64,000 bases of DNA. It comes from Haliotis cracherodii (lineage: Eukaryota). This document shows, in pieces, positions 1-14,900 of the stretch. The stretch covers positions 80,042,001-80,106,000 of the forward strand of contig NW_027266275.1 in the NCBI RefSeq assembly GCF_022045235.1, in the 5' to 3' direction. Each line of letters starts with the position of its first letter. The first letter of the stretch is position 1. The notes under the pieces are model-generated. The model worked only from the letters and a program-made list of their open reading frames with translations, had not been told where the DNA came from and did no database searches. The translations under genes and the position numbers were made by a program.

Positions 1-501
1 ATGGAATCAATGCTTTGCTAAAGTCAAAACCTGCATATAGTTTCTTCTTTAGCCGTTTAGACTTTTGTACGAGGGTTTTTAGCATGAAGATATTGTCAGT
101 GGTTCTGTGATCTGATCTAAATCCTGCTTGTGCTTTGTCAAATCCTTCGTCTAGTTCGATGAATGATATAATCCGTGAGTTGATTATGGATAATAACAGT
201 TTTGAGAGGCAATTCCTCTATAGTTATTTGGTTCACCTTTGTCGCCTTTCTTATAAATTGATACAATGTAGGAGGAGTGCCACTGGGTTGGGTATTTTCC
301 ACTGTCCAAAATAAGATTAAATAATTTCAGGTTGTGATCTGTATAAAAACTGGTTGAAGCACGCATCACATCATTTAAGATGAGGTCGGGCCCACCCGAC
401 ATTCCATGTTTCAGTTTTCTTATAGCTGTCCATAGCTCTTCAGCGGTGATGCATTTATTGAGATTTTTATATTCGACATCATTCAAAATCAACTTAGACA
501 A
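1..501 (-). mobile_element. Non-LTR retrotransposon (LINE) reverse transcriptase fragment, degenerate
   Basis: ITAEELWTAIRKLK...GPDLI...LFNLILDSGKYPTQW...IYKKGDKGEPNNYRGI, followed in another frame by QAGFRSDHRTTDNIFML...GFDFSKALIP. Confidence 0.85.
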
Positions 502-1199
502 AAAGTAGTCTTGAAATCTACGAGACCGTTGTTGGAAGCGAAAGAATACCCACCGGTCAAATAACCAAAATGGCGTTTTGCGAAATGAACAGTCACGATT
601 GAAGAGTTAAATGAGAAATTTGCAGTTCATAACAAAAAATTATATTCACTGCAATGAAACTATCACTTTTCTTAATTTCAGAAAGTCATTCACACTAAAG
701 TATATAATAAAATATATCATCGGGTGTATGGTAACCATATCTTCCTTCTAAACCTAGTAAGATAACCGGGCCGAACCGGTATTCAAACCTACATACATAG
801 GTTTCTCGCCTGCATCTCTGCACAGCTAGTTACGGCGCCTTAAACGACTGGTCACCCGTGCCCAAAGTTAAAAGTTTATATAACGTTTTCAATACTACAA
901 AATACAAACATATATATTTTAATATCAATCTCTTGTGTTACTTCTCGAGTCCTGATATGCACGGATACTACATCAGCGGACGTGACACACACAGCTCATC
1001 ACCGTCATGTAGTCATTGACATCCGCTCATGATGTACACTACAAGTGAAATACGCATAATCATTCTTCCTTCATTTGACGAATATCTACGAAAATATGTT
1101 AGCATTTAGCATATTTTGTGACGGAATTCTCTTATCTAAAAAAATATAACATCGATATTTGACTCGAGTGGAAACCTAAAGGTTTCGGAACTAATTTTA

Positions 1200-1304
1200 G
1201 TGAGTGAGTGAGTGAGTGAGTGAGTATGGTTTTACGCCGCTTTTAGCAATATTCCAGCAATATCACGGCGGGGGACACCAGAAATGGGCTTCACACATTG
1301 TACC
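1200..1304 (-). mobile_element. tRNA-derived SINE family B (5' truncated)
   Basis: (ACTC)n tail on the minus strand. 14 bp TSD cggaactaatttta. Confidence 0.85.
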
Positions 1305-1335
1305 CGGAACTAATTTTAAGACCAATTAGAAAATA

Positions 1336-2757
1336 TACTCTGCCAAAAAGAAGACACAATACGTAGTAAAACCGTAAATATCTGACAGTATTGCCGATGT
1401 TCATACAAAGGTAATACCAAATATGAATTCATTATTTCTGCATCGATTCGGGATTGATTTGTGTGGTAAAATGAGGTATTGCAGAAATTTGGTGAACAGA
1501 TGGAAAAATCGTAGAAACGCAACCACGTGAGAGCCTGGAGCGAAACATATTAACATGACATGCGGGTGTACCATCACTTGTCGGGTGATTTGCTTGCCAT
1601 CACAATCTTACAGCAAGTGAACAGCTAAAACATGCCACGACTGACGGAAGCCCAACGCAACAACGCCATCGGCCGACAGCATACAGGTGTATCATCTTTG
1701 GCTGTAGTCAGGTTTTTCCACGTAGCGCCAAGCACCATCACAAGACTAAGAAACCGTTATCAGACACACGGGTCAACACGGGACCTTCCCAGATCCGGTC
1801 GACACGTGTCCCTACTAGAGCACAGGACAGATACATACGGCTTCGTCACTCACGTGAAAGACCACCACGGCCACCTCTACAACTACGGCGGTACCAGGAT
1901 TGCGTAGGATATCAGCTCAGACAGTGAGAAACCGTTTACGTGCTGAAGGTGTTCGCGGTAGACGACCTGTTGGAGGGGTAATTTTGACGGACCTGCATCG
2001 TCGGCTGCGGCGTCAATGGTGTCAAAGTCACAGAGCATGGCCACAAATGCGATGGAGACGTTTGGTTTTGTGATGAGTCACGTTTTATGCTTCGCTGTAA
2101 GGATGGGAGACGTCGTGTATACAGGCGTCGCGGAGACCGTTATGCCCGAAACTTCATTCAGGAAGTGGACAGATTTGGCGATGGTAGTGTGATGATGTGG
2201 ACAGCCATCTCCTACACTCAGCCTGGTAGAACAGACTTCAAGGGAATTTAACGGCACAACGTTACACGTATGAGATTATTCGGCTACACGTCCTTCACAT
2301 TATGCAACAAGCGAACGTCATTTTCCAACAAGACAACGCCCGACCTCACACTGCAAGACTGACAACTGCCGTGTTGAGGAATCACAACATTCAGGTCCTG
2401 CCATGGCCCTCCAATGTCTCCAGATTTAAACCCAATCAAACATTTTTGGGATGGAACTGGATCAGCGACTGCGAGTACATCAGCAACAACCACGGAGCCT
2501 CCGACAGTTGGCAGAATCACTGCAGGAATAGTGGGTGAACATACCCCAGGCCACAATTCAAGATCTGATTGCTTCCATGGGAACATAGATGACCTTCACC
2601 TTGAAAATCTACTATCTCGTGTGTGCCATGTGGAACCTGGTCAATGAGAATGATGTGTGCAATCTTTGAACAATCAATTACCATCTGTTGATTATTTATA
2701 TGATATATCAAATTTACACCTAAAATGACCTTTGCGTTTCTTTTATTTTGCAGAGTA
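1336..2757 (+). mobile_element. Tc1-family DNA transposon, full length, degenerate transposase (1632 to about 2640)
   Basis: Imperfect TIRs TACTCTGCCAAAAAGAAG / CTTTTATTTTGCAGAGTA flanked by TA. MPRLTEAQRNNAIG HTH, DESRF, FQQDNARPHT and SPDLNPI motifs, with frameshifts. Confidence 0.9.
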
Positions 2758-2952
2758 TACATACTACCGAGGCCTTTCACTCTGAAACGATATGCAATAA
2801 ACAACAATGAATCATATCATATATACTCATATCTATCGCTTTTGTTGAATTGTCAGCGTGTGACTGAAGACCAGAAAGTACACTTCAATTAAGAAATGTA
2901 GATGAATTACTTCCTTCCTGTATCTGCAGCGATTGCACCAGACGAGGTCACG

Positions 2953-5900
2953 ATGACATCGCGAGTGAGCCTTCTAGTTCTTCTGTACAGTGGACTTGTA
3001 TACAAGGCCGGTGAGTAGTACTGCTTGTATGTGATCCCGCCAAGTAACCTGGATACCACGGGTCCAGCTAGAAGAGGTCCTATGTGGTGGTGAAAGTGTG
3101 TGGTGGTCCTGGCTGATTGTGTGGACCACCGTGGATCGTTGCTCATACTAACAGCCATTGGTTTATCTATCCCAGTCTAATTATTTTCAAGTCTGAAAAA
3201 TACCACTCCCTCACATCATTGAGTCGATTCTTCTTTAGCCCCTGGCTCATTAATCCTGAACTTCATCAGGAAACGGGAAATATATAATATTTACATTGTT
3301 CCAAAACTAACCCTACTATTGTTGAAGGATACCTGCTGTGAGGATATTACATTTGTGTTCCCTGAGAGACCGGAACTGCCACGTTTCGGTGTAGTTTACG
3401 GAAAGAAGGCCAAACTTGCTTGACTGATCCGCCCACTATAAACTTTTGTTGAAAGGAAAACTAAATCTGAATTTAGTCTTTCATCCTGCCGATAAGGTTG
3501 TAGCATTTTGCAACAAACACATTGTTTCGAAACATCCACACACTGTGAATAACTTTGCATCAATATTTTTGTGTGCAGAAATGTAAAGAAGTCCTGGATT
3601 AAGGGACGCAACTCTGCACAGCTAATTGCTGCGCCTTGAACGACTCGGCCTCAATATAGTATATTAGGTCACTGCCAGGTTTCGTGACCTCGTTGCGTGT
3701 ACAATCGTGATGTATCAGGGGAACGCCGCTGCACGATGAGAATTCTAAATTCGTATTTGTTGTTACATTTGCTCAACATGTAAAGTGTAGAATTACACCG
3801 AAACCAGGACGTAGTATTAACGGTGGGGTTTTATGCACATTAAGTACATATGAACATAAATCACAGCGACAAAACCCCTTAATTAATCACAAGAAATCCA
3901 TTGTACAATCCCATAATCACAAGAAATCCAATGTACCATTCCGGCAATATCATGAGCATGTGTTTAAATATCTCCATCAAAAAGTGATGATACCTGGTGT
4001 TCGCGCGATAGGGTGACCCTGTTCTGCCCAGCGTTCGCACCCATCACAAACACATGCAAAGGCAAGTTAACTGTTCACCTGAAATAACGGGAACGCAATG
4101 CGGTTCTTTTTTCCTGAAGTATGAAACAAAGACAAGAAAAGATCTTTGACAGGGAATATAGAATGAGAGAGGCGTCTGTAAAATATTGCCTCGTAGGGGC
4201 AAGACATCATTCTACAGTAAAACTTTTGGAAAACTTTACTAAGACTTTGAATGTTGTAACCCTGATCAAATAACTTTTGAGCAACAAAGAGCGAGCACGA
4301 TCATATGGCAAAAGTTGTGACATACAGCGTGACTCTCATTGCAGAAGGAGCATGTCACTGTACGACCGGATGTGACCCTGTCAGCAACTGTACGGGAGCC
4401 TGTGACACTGGATGGTATGGGCCGTACTGTCAGAAACGTAGGTGCCTAAGTGTATTTATATCTTTAGTTGAATTAAGGGATAAACCTTCGGTGTTTTGAA
4501 ATTTGATGTAGTTGCACTGTAGAATAGATATACCTCTTATTTTAATTTGGTTCTTTAGCGCGAGGTTTCAAAGTATAAATATATAAATATGAAAAGGTAT
4601 AAATGTATAAATATAAAAATGTTTGTAAACAACATGTTGTCAAATACATTTGATAAAATTCGACAAACCATATCATATTACATTATGTTCGATATCTGTA
4701 TGAACTCACTACCGATGTACTGCAGTTGCGTTTGGTCACATATTCAAAACACCAAGTCGAGCATCTTTCTCTTTCAACTGCAGCTGAAATATTGATAATG
4801 CGACGTAAAACTAATTTAGCTCTCTTCTCAAAATATCAAAGAACTACCACCAGTGTCTTGGATAGAAGACACTTTATGAAGTCACAATTGAAATGTTACG
4901 CCACGTAGCGTTGCTTTGCTGTGACCTCACACAAGTGTCTACTAGGGACATTGTTGGAATATACTGAAAAAAACATTCGTTTTAAATAAAAAGGTTATTC
5001 ACAAAAGACTCTCCAAGGTTAGATTTAGATATGATATTCTACTTCATATATCCCCAGTGGAAACAAATATTGCATAATATATTTCTTTCATCTGCCTTCA
5101 AGAGAATGTCGCCTTGAATGGGAGCGCTTCACAGATAAGTACCTTCGATGTAAGTGACGATTATACTGACTGGAAACGTGTCCACTTCACTGCTGATTTG
5201 GCTGTCGATGGCTTCTCCCACACTGACTTCACCAAGAAGCCTCTTACATGCACACACACAGGACCCGACCGTCACGCATGGTGGAGGGTGAAGCTGGCGA
5301 GGAATGGCGTCAATCAAATCAAACACATGACTATCTATAATCGCCAAGGATGTAAGTTGCCTGTCATTATTATACTCTCATTAACAGGAATGCAACAACG
5401 CCAACTTTCATATTCCATTCAGGTATCTCCTAAGATTATTATACAGTATAACAACCATGTCTACTGTATAACAACCATGTATATTGTATAACAACCATGT
5501 ATATTGTATAACAACCATGTCTATTGTATAACAACCATATATACTGTATAACAACCATGTATACTATATAACAACCATGTATACTGTATAACAACCACGT
5601 ATACTGTATAACAACCATGTCTACTGTATAACAACCATGTCTACTGTATAACAACCATGTATATTGTATAACAACCATGTATACTGTATAACAACCGTGT
5701 CTACTGTATAACAACCATGTCTACTGTATAACAACCATGTCTACTGTATAACAACCACGTATACTGTATAACAACCATGTCTACTGTATAACAACCATGT
5801 CTACTGTATAACAACCATGTATATTGTATAACAACCATGTATATTGTATAACAACCATGTATACTGTATAACAACCGTGTCTACTGTATAACAACCATGT

Positions 5901-8900
5901 CTACTGTATAACAACCATGTCTACTGTATAACAACCATGTATATTGTATAACAACCATGTATACTGTATAACAACCGTGTCTACTGTATAACAACCATGT
6001 CTACTGTATAACAACCATGTATATTGTATAACAACCATGTATATTGTATAACAACCATGTATACTGTATAACAACCGTGTCTACTGTATAACAACCATGT
6101 CTACTGTATAACAACCATGTCTACTGTATAACAACCATGTATATTGTATAACAACCATGTATATTGTATAACAACCATGTCTACTGTATAACAACCGTGT
6201 CTACTGTATAACAGCCATGTCTACTGTATAACAACCATGTATATTGTATAACAACCATGTATATTGTATAACAACCATGTATACTGTATAACAACCGTGT
6301 CTACTGTATAACAACCATGTCTACTGTATAACAACCATGTCTACTGTATAACAACCATGTATATTGTATAACAACCGTGTATACTGTATAACAACCATGT
6401 CTACTGTATAACAACCATGTCTACTGTATAACAACCATGTCTATTGTATAACAACCATGTATACTGTATAACAACCGTGTCTACTGTATAACAACCATGT
6501 CTACTGTATAACAACCATGTATATTGTATAACAACCATGTATATTGTATAACAACCATGTATACTGTATAACAACCGTGTCTACTGTATAACAACCATGT
6601 CTACTGTATAACAACCATGTATATTGTATAACAACCATGTATACTGTATAACAACCGTGTCTACTGTATAACAACCATGTCTACTGTATAACAACCATAT
6701 ATACTATATAACAACCATATATACTGTATAACAACCATGTATACTGTATAACAACCATGTATACTGTATAACAACCATGTACATTGTATAACAACCATGT
6801 ATACTGTATAACAACCGTGTCTACTGTATAACAACCATGTATATTCAATCTTGAGGCCTTGCAAAATTGTAAAAACGTTAACATTTTCCCAAAATATCTA
6901 AAGATAGACAGCTCTGCAAGACATAAGTAGTTCTTGACAGGTGGTGAACACATCATTGATGGAAAACACAAGAATATACGACGACAGTGCATTGCAGGTG
7001 TTCCTGCTTCACATATATATACATGACCAACACAGATGTGTGCAAGCATCATTGTTCATATCTTAACAAGACACAACACTCACCTGGATGACCGTTTAAT
7101 ATATTTAGATTATCAACATTCAAATATTTTGGTAACAGTTCAAACGTCATAGAATGGTAATTCTTGTCTCACTTTTATGAAGTAATTAATGTTGCAGTAA
7201 GTATAATTGTGGAAACAAATTTCATTTTCTATGAATGCTTCATATAAGGTATGCCAGGTTTACTGCGATAAGAGGCAGTGTATGTACATGGAAGTGTACA
7301 GTCCTGGTTCCCGACCCCCCTGTATATGTAACTGTGCATGTCTTGGCACACAGTTGAAACGAGACGCCAGGGAATGGACATTTCCGTGGATGGACAGCAA
7401 TGTTACGAATGGACTAAAGACGCAGCACCAGATACTGTGGCACACGTGGTCTGTGATCAGACGCTGGTAGGAGAAGAAGTGACCATCGCGATTCCCGGAC
7501 AGTTCTTGTCTCTCTGTGAAGTACAGGTGTTTGGTAAGTTGCTAATAGTTTATCGGACACACACTCTACTTAACTATTAATATATGTCTAGTTTATTGAT
7601 TATTTTTTTGTAAATTTCGTTTGAAATTCCGTTCGATTTCACTCATAATAATAATGCGTGCTCTTATTTACTTATTAAAAGAATTTGAATTACACTATAT
7701 GAATTACAAAGTGATAATAAATAGTAGGTATTTATTTAAAAAAATTAAATTGATGTCAAATACTTTCTCCCGTAACAGTACATTATGCACATTTATAACA
7801 TCTCCAACGATGTAAATAGCTCTTTATAATTGTGAACATATTGAGCATCGTGTATGTCACAACAATTATCATGGGGAAATAACTGTAGAATATCCTATGC
7901 TACATACTTTATGCAATGAATATTCCATTTAAGTTTGCAATGACCTCTGGTACGGAGAAGATTGTGACAAACGATGCAACTGTTTTCCCGCATCAGACAT
8001 CTGTGACAAAGGTAATGGAGCCTGCAAGAGAGGATGCCAACCTGGCTTCACAGGCTTAGACTGTCAGCAAGGTGAGAATACTGAGTTTCTGGTGAGATTA
8101 TTGACTCCACACAAAATCCATATCTACGTTCTAGGTCCCTTTAAATTATTTGAAGGTTATTAAGTAAGGTTTAATAAAGTAATGTATTACCCACCCGTTT
8201 AATAACCATACATCTGTATTATGCATTGTGTAAAACCAAAGTACTGCGGGAACAAATTCACAAAACTCCCAACATCACTGGGCTTTTTCAATGACATTGC
8301 GTGAGGAGATGACAGATCACTGAGAGGAGCTTATGCACACTCGCTGACCCAAGCAACCCCGTTTCTAGGCTGACGTCACATGGCATTGTTTTGCCGGTGG
8401 ATCATACAGGAATTACAAAAGTCTCTTAAGTTCAGGAATGAGAATGGGATGATGCTAGAGCTGAGAAAGAGATGAGGGTAATGGCAAGCTGAAAATGTGA
8501 GCGTTTAATGAAATACAAGTATATGCTCTAGGATAGGTAAGAGAATAATGCCCAGTCCCTACAATTAAGAAATATTCTGTGCTATAATAGCCGTCGAAAC
8601 AGATTTCATTGGGCGTACAATGCAAAATAGTGATGGAAATTATATGACTGGATCCCTGAAAGGCAGATACGACACCAGGTGTTCGCGAAATAGGTAAGCA
8701 TGTGATGCACCAACCAGAAGCACCGGCTCACACCATTCTCATTACAAATGTGAGTGTTTCTTTGTGGCTTAAAGCCGCATTTGACGAGTTCTTCTTATGG
8801 TACATGTTAATGTATGCAATGATGATACAGTTATTCCAGAGTGACACGAGAACCGGGATTGCCCCTGAGGCTTCGGTGTGGCTAGTGAACACTTTAACCA

Positions 8901-11900
8901 CTGTGCTACCAAACCGCCTCTTTCAGGACGATCAGCTATCGGGACGCATATTTTAGGGATTCGTTGGAAATGTGTTTATCCGAACAATCATACTGGGGCC
9001 GGATAAATGCGGTTTTACCACATAAATCAAAGCAGACTAGATATACTTCAAATAGTTATTGTCCAATGGACAGTTAATCGACTCAGGGCAGCTAGTGAGC
9101 TCAAGCGGGCAGTCAGGAAAAAGCCAGAGATTAGTGGACCTTTAATGAAATGGAGATACCGTACACTGGATAATCGAGGATGTTACTAATATTTTCGTTT
9201 AAAATTCTGAATTTGAAGTATATGCTCGACCTTTCAGAGTGCGAAGATGGCTTCTACGGCATGAACTGTACGTCTTCATGTGGCCAATGTCTCAGCACCA
9301 CTATCTGTGACAAGAGTGACGGCCACTGTCCACGTGGGTGTGAGACTGGCTGGACCACGGTCACGTGTGATAGAGGTCAGCAAAGCGTGTCTACATTTCT
9401 CAAAGTAGTCAATAATGTCATAATTCTAAATACTATAAACTGATTGTGAGAGCGTAAATTGGTTTTAACGACGTTTTCAACAATATTCCAGTTATATGAC
9501 AGCGTGTCAGCTTAGAGTGGGAGGAAAGCTCGAAGTGATGTAGGTCTCAGACGTTTACCACTTTGGTAAAATACTCGATAACGATATGGTGCTGACAAAC
9601 ATAGAACATAATCAGGGCGCACTGGGATTCGAACCCATAATCATAGGTTCCTGGCGTGTCCAAGGGACGCAACACTGCACATATAATCTGATGAAGTTTA
9701 CCTCTACATGCATACACATTGTAGCACGCTCTTACGTTGAGCAGATTAAATATTATTTATGAATATATGTTTCAATGTTGTTTGTATTGTATTACACGTC
9801 AGAGCGTGACGTGACAGGTGTATCTGTCGGCGGCGTCTTACTGGTAGTAGTCGTCGTTGTAGTAGCTGTGTTGGTGATTTTGATTAAAAGGTACGGAACA
9901 GGCGTAACTTATAACATCATTCTGTGTTCTGCTCATTAATTATTGTCGGGTTTACTCACGATCAGTGCTTGAGTTATTTTAATGTTGATATAACAGAATT
10001 TTGATCAGTTTTGTAATACAAAAACATTTACTGTATAGAAATGCTTACGAGTTCCATAAACGTTGCTTTGACATGTGAGTTGAGATCTACTATTTTAAAT
10101 CTGTAACTTTGTTTAAGTATGTGAAACGATTTGTGTCTATTAAAACCTACTATAGTAAACTACGGTTATAACGAACTCAAAGGGACCACTACTTCTAGTT
10201 CGTTATAACCGTAGTTCGTTATAAGCATATATATATATATAGGATATATACAAATGGCCAGGACCCCAAAAAGCCATTTCGTTATATCCGTCAGTTCGTT
10301 ATAAACGTATTATACTTTACCAAACTTGCAGCGTTGTACAAATATAGAACCTGAAGCCGTTGCTCTTGTAAATAGCAAGGTTTGCTTACATCCAAGTGAC
10401 GTCATGAACTATATCTTATTCGAAATTAACATAATACTGTCTGTCGTGTTGTTACAGGAGACAGGGTCACTCGAGGCCTGCCGCGTCCATGACGCTCTAC
10501 AAGGAACCATCTGTCCAGGAACATTCAGATGCTTGTGACGGTAGTGTGACAACTGTTTTATCCATGTCATGTAAAAGAAATATTATCCTGAGTGAGTGAG
10601 CTAATATTTTTCGCAGTCGCAGTCATGAATATAACACATGTGCCAGCATGGAAAACGCTTGACGCCGTCGGGTACAACGCCACACAATAACCTCTGGCAC
10701 CCGTTGTAGGCACCCGATCTTCTTGCACACCAACATGCATAACAATGTATACTTATGTGTATTGATAGCTAAATCAATGTAACGGCATAGGGTACTGTCA
10801 GTGTTACATTGAATGCATAAATAACAGAGAAATGATAGTGGAATATATAACTGAAAAATATATTTTCGCATTGCGGTGATACTGCTATTATGACGGGTAT
10901 GTGGACCGGAACTAGTTAGCGTCAACTCCGGATATATATAGGAGCCGGATATAACAAATCGCCGACTATTTTGGTTATTTTGCTAAACGTCTTTAGGAAA
11001 TTTCGAACTGATTTAAAACCTGGCCCAAGTCTACGACATAGAATAGAAAATACCGAATATGACATAATGGGTCATTTTTACATTAGACAATACACAATGT
11101 AGATAAATATTATCAGTCTCAATCACACAGTGACTTTGTCCATTTCAGGTGAGAAAGATGAGGACGAAGTCTTTTCCGCAGAGATAGAAGACGATACGGT
11201 TGAGGGCGCTGGCTACTGTAACTGGGTCTCTCCTTGTGTGTCTTTGGAGAAACTGGTTGAGTACATCAGAATGAAAAAGGAAGATTCGGCCTTCGAGACC
11301 GAATACAAGGTATTACGTGTGGGCTACATCTTAATACTACTGTTAAGGATGAGTTTAATGACAATACATACATATTTTTAATACATACATATATATAGCA
11401 CACACACATATATATAATACATATTAAACTGTGTTCCCATGTGAGGTTCCCGGCGGCGAATGAGCAGATTTCAAGGGAGTTGAGGGTTGTACAACTTAAC
11501 AGTTTATCGTTCACATAATTTCGTAGGCAACCAGCCACAAATGATACGTAATCCCCAAATACCTGATCCCCCAGTGATATCATTCAAATAGTTCTGAAAC
11601 ACGGCGTGCAGCCCTATTTATTTGCTCCCTCCCGCATCACACTCGCATCTTCTCCATAGAAAAGGTGTCCAGTTGGGACGAGGGATATAATAATAACGCT
11701 TTTCTGATTTTGCAGGCGATTCCTTATGGTATCAGAGGCAGCGTTGAAGAAGGAAAAAGGGCAGAAAACAAATTGAAAAACAGATTTGCTGCGTTGTACC
11801 CATGTAGGTTCCCTCATGTACCGACATGCATCTGACACTGTCAGGTCAACAGCTTCATGTAATCACTGTTGTTTGTCATCAGTTGTGGGTCTCCGTAAAT

Positions 11901-14900
11901 TTGCTAAGTTTTAAGCTGGGACATTGTAATATGATTTGATGTTTCTGATCGATCAATGCCGAACAAAACAGAGGAAGTCGTCGAGCGATACCCAAACATT
12001 ACCTAAATAGACACAATGAATTTTCCTCTCTGCGCCAACTCTAATTCTGAAGAAAGCTGTTAGGTCTTATGTGTAGAAGAACAGAATGACGCTGAAATAA
12101 GACGTTAATGGAACCATGACTGTGGAACTAAGCAGCGCTTTGAATATACGCTCCATGTCTACCTTTATGACTCATTTTACATTCTAGCATTAGTTTCAGT
12201 TGACTTTGTTCATATCCATTGATAAGATTGACGTACGAATCATCTTCTCCACATTTGGGGGGACGGGTGGCCCAGTCGTCTGAGGCGCAGCGATTCGCTG
12301 TGCAGAGTTGCATCCTTTGGGCATGCCAGAAACCTATGAATGTGGGTTCGAATCCCGGTTCGCCCCGATTAAGTTTCTAGGTTTGTCAGCACCATAACCG
12401 TGCTCGTGGGTTTCACCGAAGTGGTAAACGTCTGAGACTTGCATCACTTCGGGCTTTCCTCCCACATCAGGCTGACACGCCGTGATATAACTGGAATAAT
12501 GTTTAAAGCGCCGTTAAATCCCACTCACTCACTCACTCTTATAACAATTACACTATTCATCAACTCTGGTACTATCTAATCGATGGGTGTGTGTTACCGT
12601 TCTTTCATGTCCTTGTCTCAGATGATGACTCACGAGTGATCCTTGAAGAAGACGGAGAGAATACATCCGATTATATAAATGCCAACTACATTTCAGTACG
12701 TGTTTCACTATATTTAGTAAATATGATTATTGATAACATACCGTACTTGTATGAACGAGCGCAACCTTAAAACATATAATAATTTTGATATGCTAAGATA
12801 TAGAGTAAAGAAACATTTTTACAGACAATTGTTTCTGTTTACTTCTTTCAAAAGGGGTTTTCCAGTGGACATGGGTATATCGCAACGCAAGGTAATTATT
12901 TGTTTCTTCTTGGTCTAAACGAGTGAGAAAACTTTGTTTGTTGTTTGTAAGTTTGTTGTTTAGCACAGCATTCAGCAATAGCCAAGCTATATGACGGCAG
13001 TCTGTAAATAATCGAGAATGGACCAAATAATCCAGTGATTGATGTCATGAGGATCGATCCACACAATTGGAATACTATGACATGCATCAACCAAGTCAGC
13101 AAGCCTGACCACCCGGCTCCGTTAGTCGCCTCTTACGACAAGCATAGTCGCTGTCAAACTCAAACATGGGTCGCTGAAGATCTATTCTAACCAGGATCTT
13201 TACGGATGAGAAAGCTTTTGAATCAAATGTATTACATAGGTTCAACGTCTTTTTATGAAGACGATCTTACAGATGAATGTTCCACAAGGTGGTCTACATG
13301 CATGATGTTGTTGCATACTGATATAATACTGAGATTAAAATCCATAAATACAGTTTTTTGAAAAGTTCAATTGCACTTTTACAACTTGGTTTTATCATTC
13401 ATGTTTTCAAATGTAAATAATAGTTTCCATACGTCTATAATATCTGTAGGCCCCACACAAGCGACAGTTGGAGACTTCTGGAGAATGGTTTGGCAGCAGC
13501 GGGTGGGGAAAATAGTCATGGTGACACAGCTGAAGGAGATGCAGAAGGTAGGTAAACCTTACATGTTTGTTTATTAATGTAACACGCGAAGGAGCTATGG
13601 ACCTCCTTCAAAATACATACATAAAATGATATGATCATGTCATTGTTTCCTTTATTATTTATTGTGAATTGTAGGTTGTTGCATTGTTTGCCGAACTAAC
13701 TTTGCAAGTTCCACATTGAAGTTTGTTATTTAAGCGTCGTTTTTAATTGATGAACTGGTGGTTATCGTTCAAATTGCTGCAGGTGAAGTGTGAGATATAT
13801 TGGCCTTGCGATCATGACACCAGCAACTGTGGGAATATTTCTATAGAACATGAATGCACCGTAACACGAGCTGACTTTACCACGAGGACGCTGAAAGTAA
13901 AACATGTCACGGTAGGTCAGTTGTAATGTATATTTATTATCCTCAAAGTCCCAAAGTATGTTATGTAATTTCATGCACTGTTAGTACTTTAAAGGATACT
14001 ATGTATTCATCATTGTTGATCGCTAGATGACTTGCCCTATGTCTTCTAAAAGCTTCACCTTCGTGATCAAACAATGATATAGCTGGGGCCTAACGATAAT
14101 CATATACACAGCAGCTTCCCGGGTGCCCATATTGTATGTATTCAGTCGTCGGTTGCATATTAGGCCCGAAATGAAGATCCTATTATATATACATAGTTAC
14201 TTATTCGATACACTTACATGTGAACACGCTGGATGTTAGGTTCCTATTAACGATAATACATTGCTGTCATATGTTCACATGCAAGTGTTCGATTCCCCAC
14301 ATGGGCACTATGTGTGAAGCCCATTTCTGATGTCCCCCGCCGTGGTATTGCTGGAATATTGCTAAAACCATCCTCTCACTCACTTACTCACTCACTCACC
14401 CTCTCACTCACTCACTCACTCACACCCTCACACGCTCACTCACTCACTCACTCACTGATATGCTAGTGCTCTCACTTGTACATACATGTCTTTCTACATT
14501 CGCTGTAAGGAGACGTTGAACTAGACCTGTCAGTCTTTTGAGCTCCCATTAAGACAACAGTCATATAAAATAATAAATCGAGGATTTACTAACGGTTCCT
14601 CGTATTCTTTTATTCACTCTATTCTTATTCGTTATATCATTGTTGTACGGAAATGGTTGCAATGTCGAGCAATGAAACGATTCCAACAAACAGGCTCCAG
14701 AGACGAGAAGGGTCCTCCACTTCCAGTTCCTGACCTGGCCAGACCACGATGTCCCATCTGCTCCAGCTCTGGTCAGCTTCTGGAAGAGGATCAAACAGCT
14801 GGACGGTGGTGAGGAGGGGCCGTTGCTGGTCCACTGCAGGTGAGAAGTGATCATGAAGTAGTGATGGAGAGAAGGTGGTGAGAGATCAGATGGGGTGGCA

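Noticed and set aside
5440-6845. Regular repeats resembling a CRISPR array (also 36660-37060 and 63510-63730)
   Set aside because: Head-to-tail tandem units without unique spacers, eukaryotic context and no cas genes.
12257-12370. tRNA-like sequences (also 50809-50880 and 47400-47474)
   Set aside because: These are SINE heads with family bodies and simple-repeat tails, and no convincing cloverleaf.
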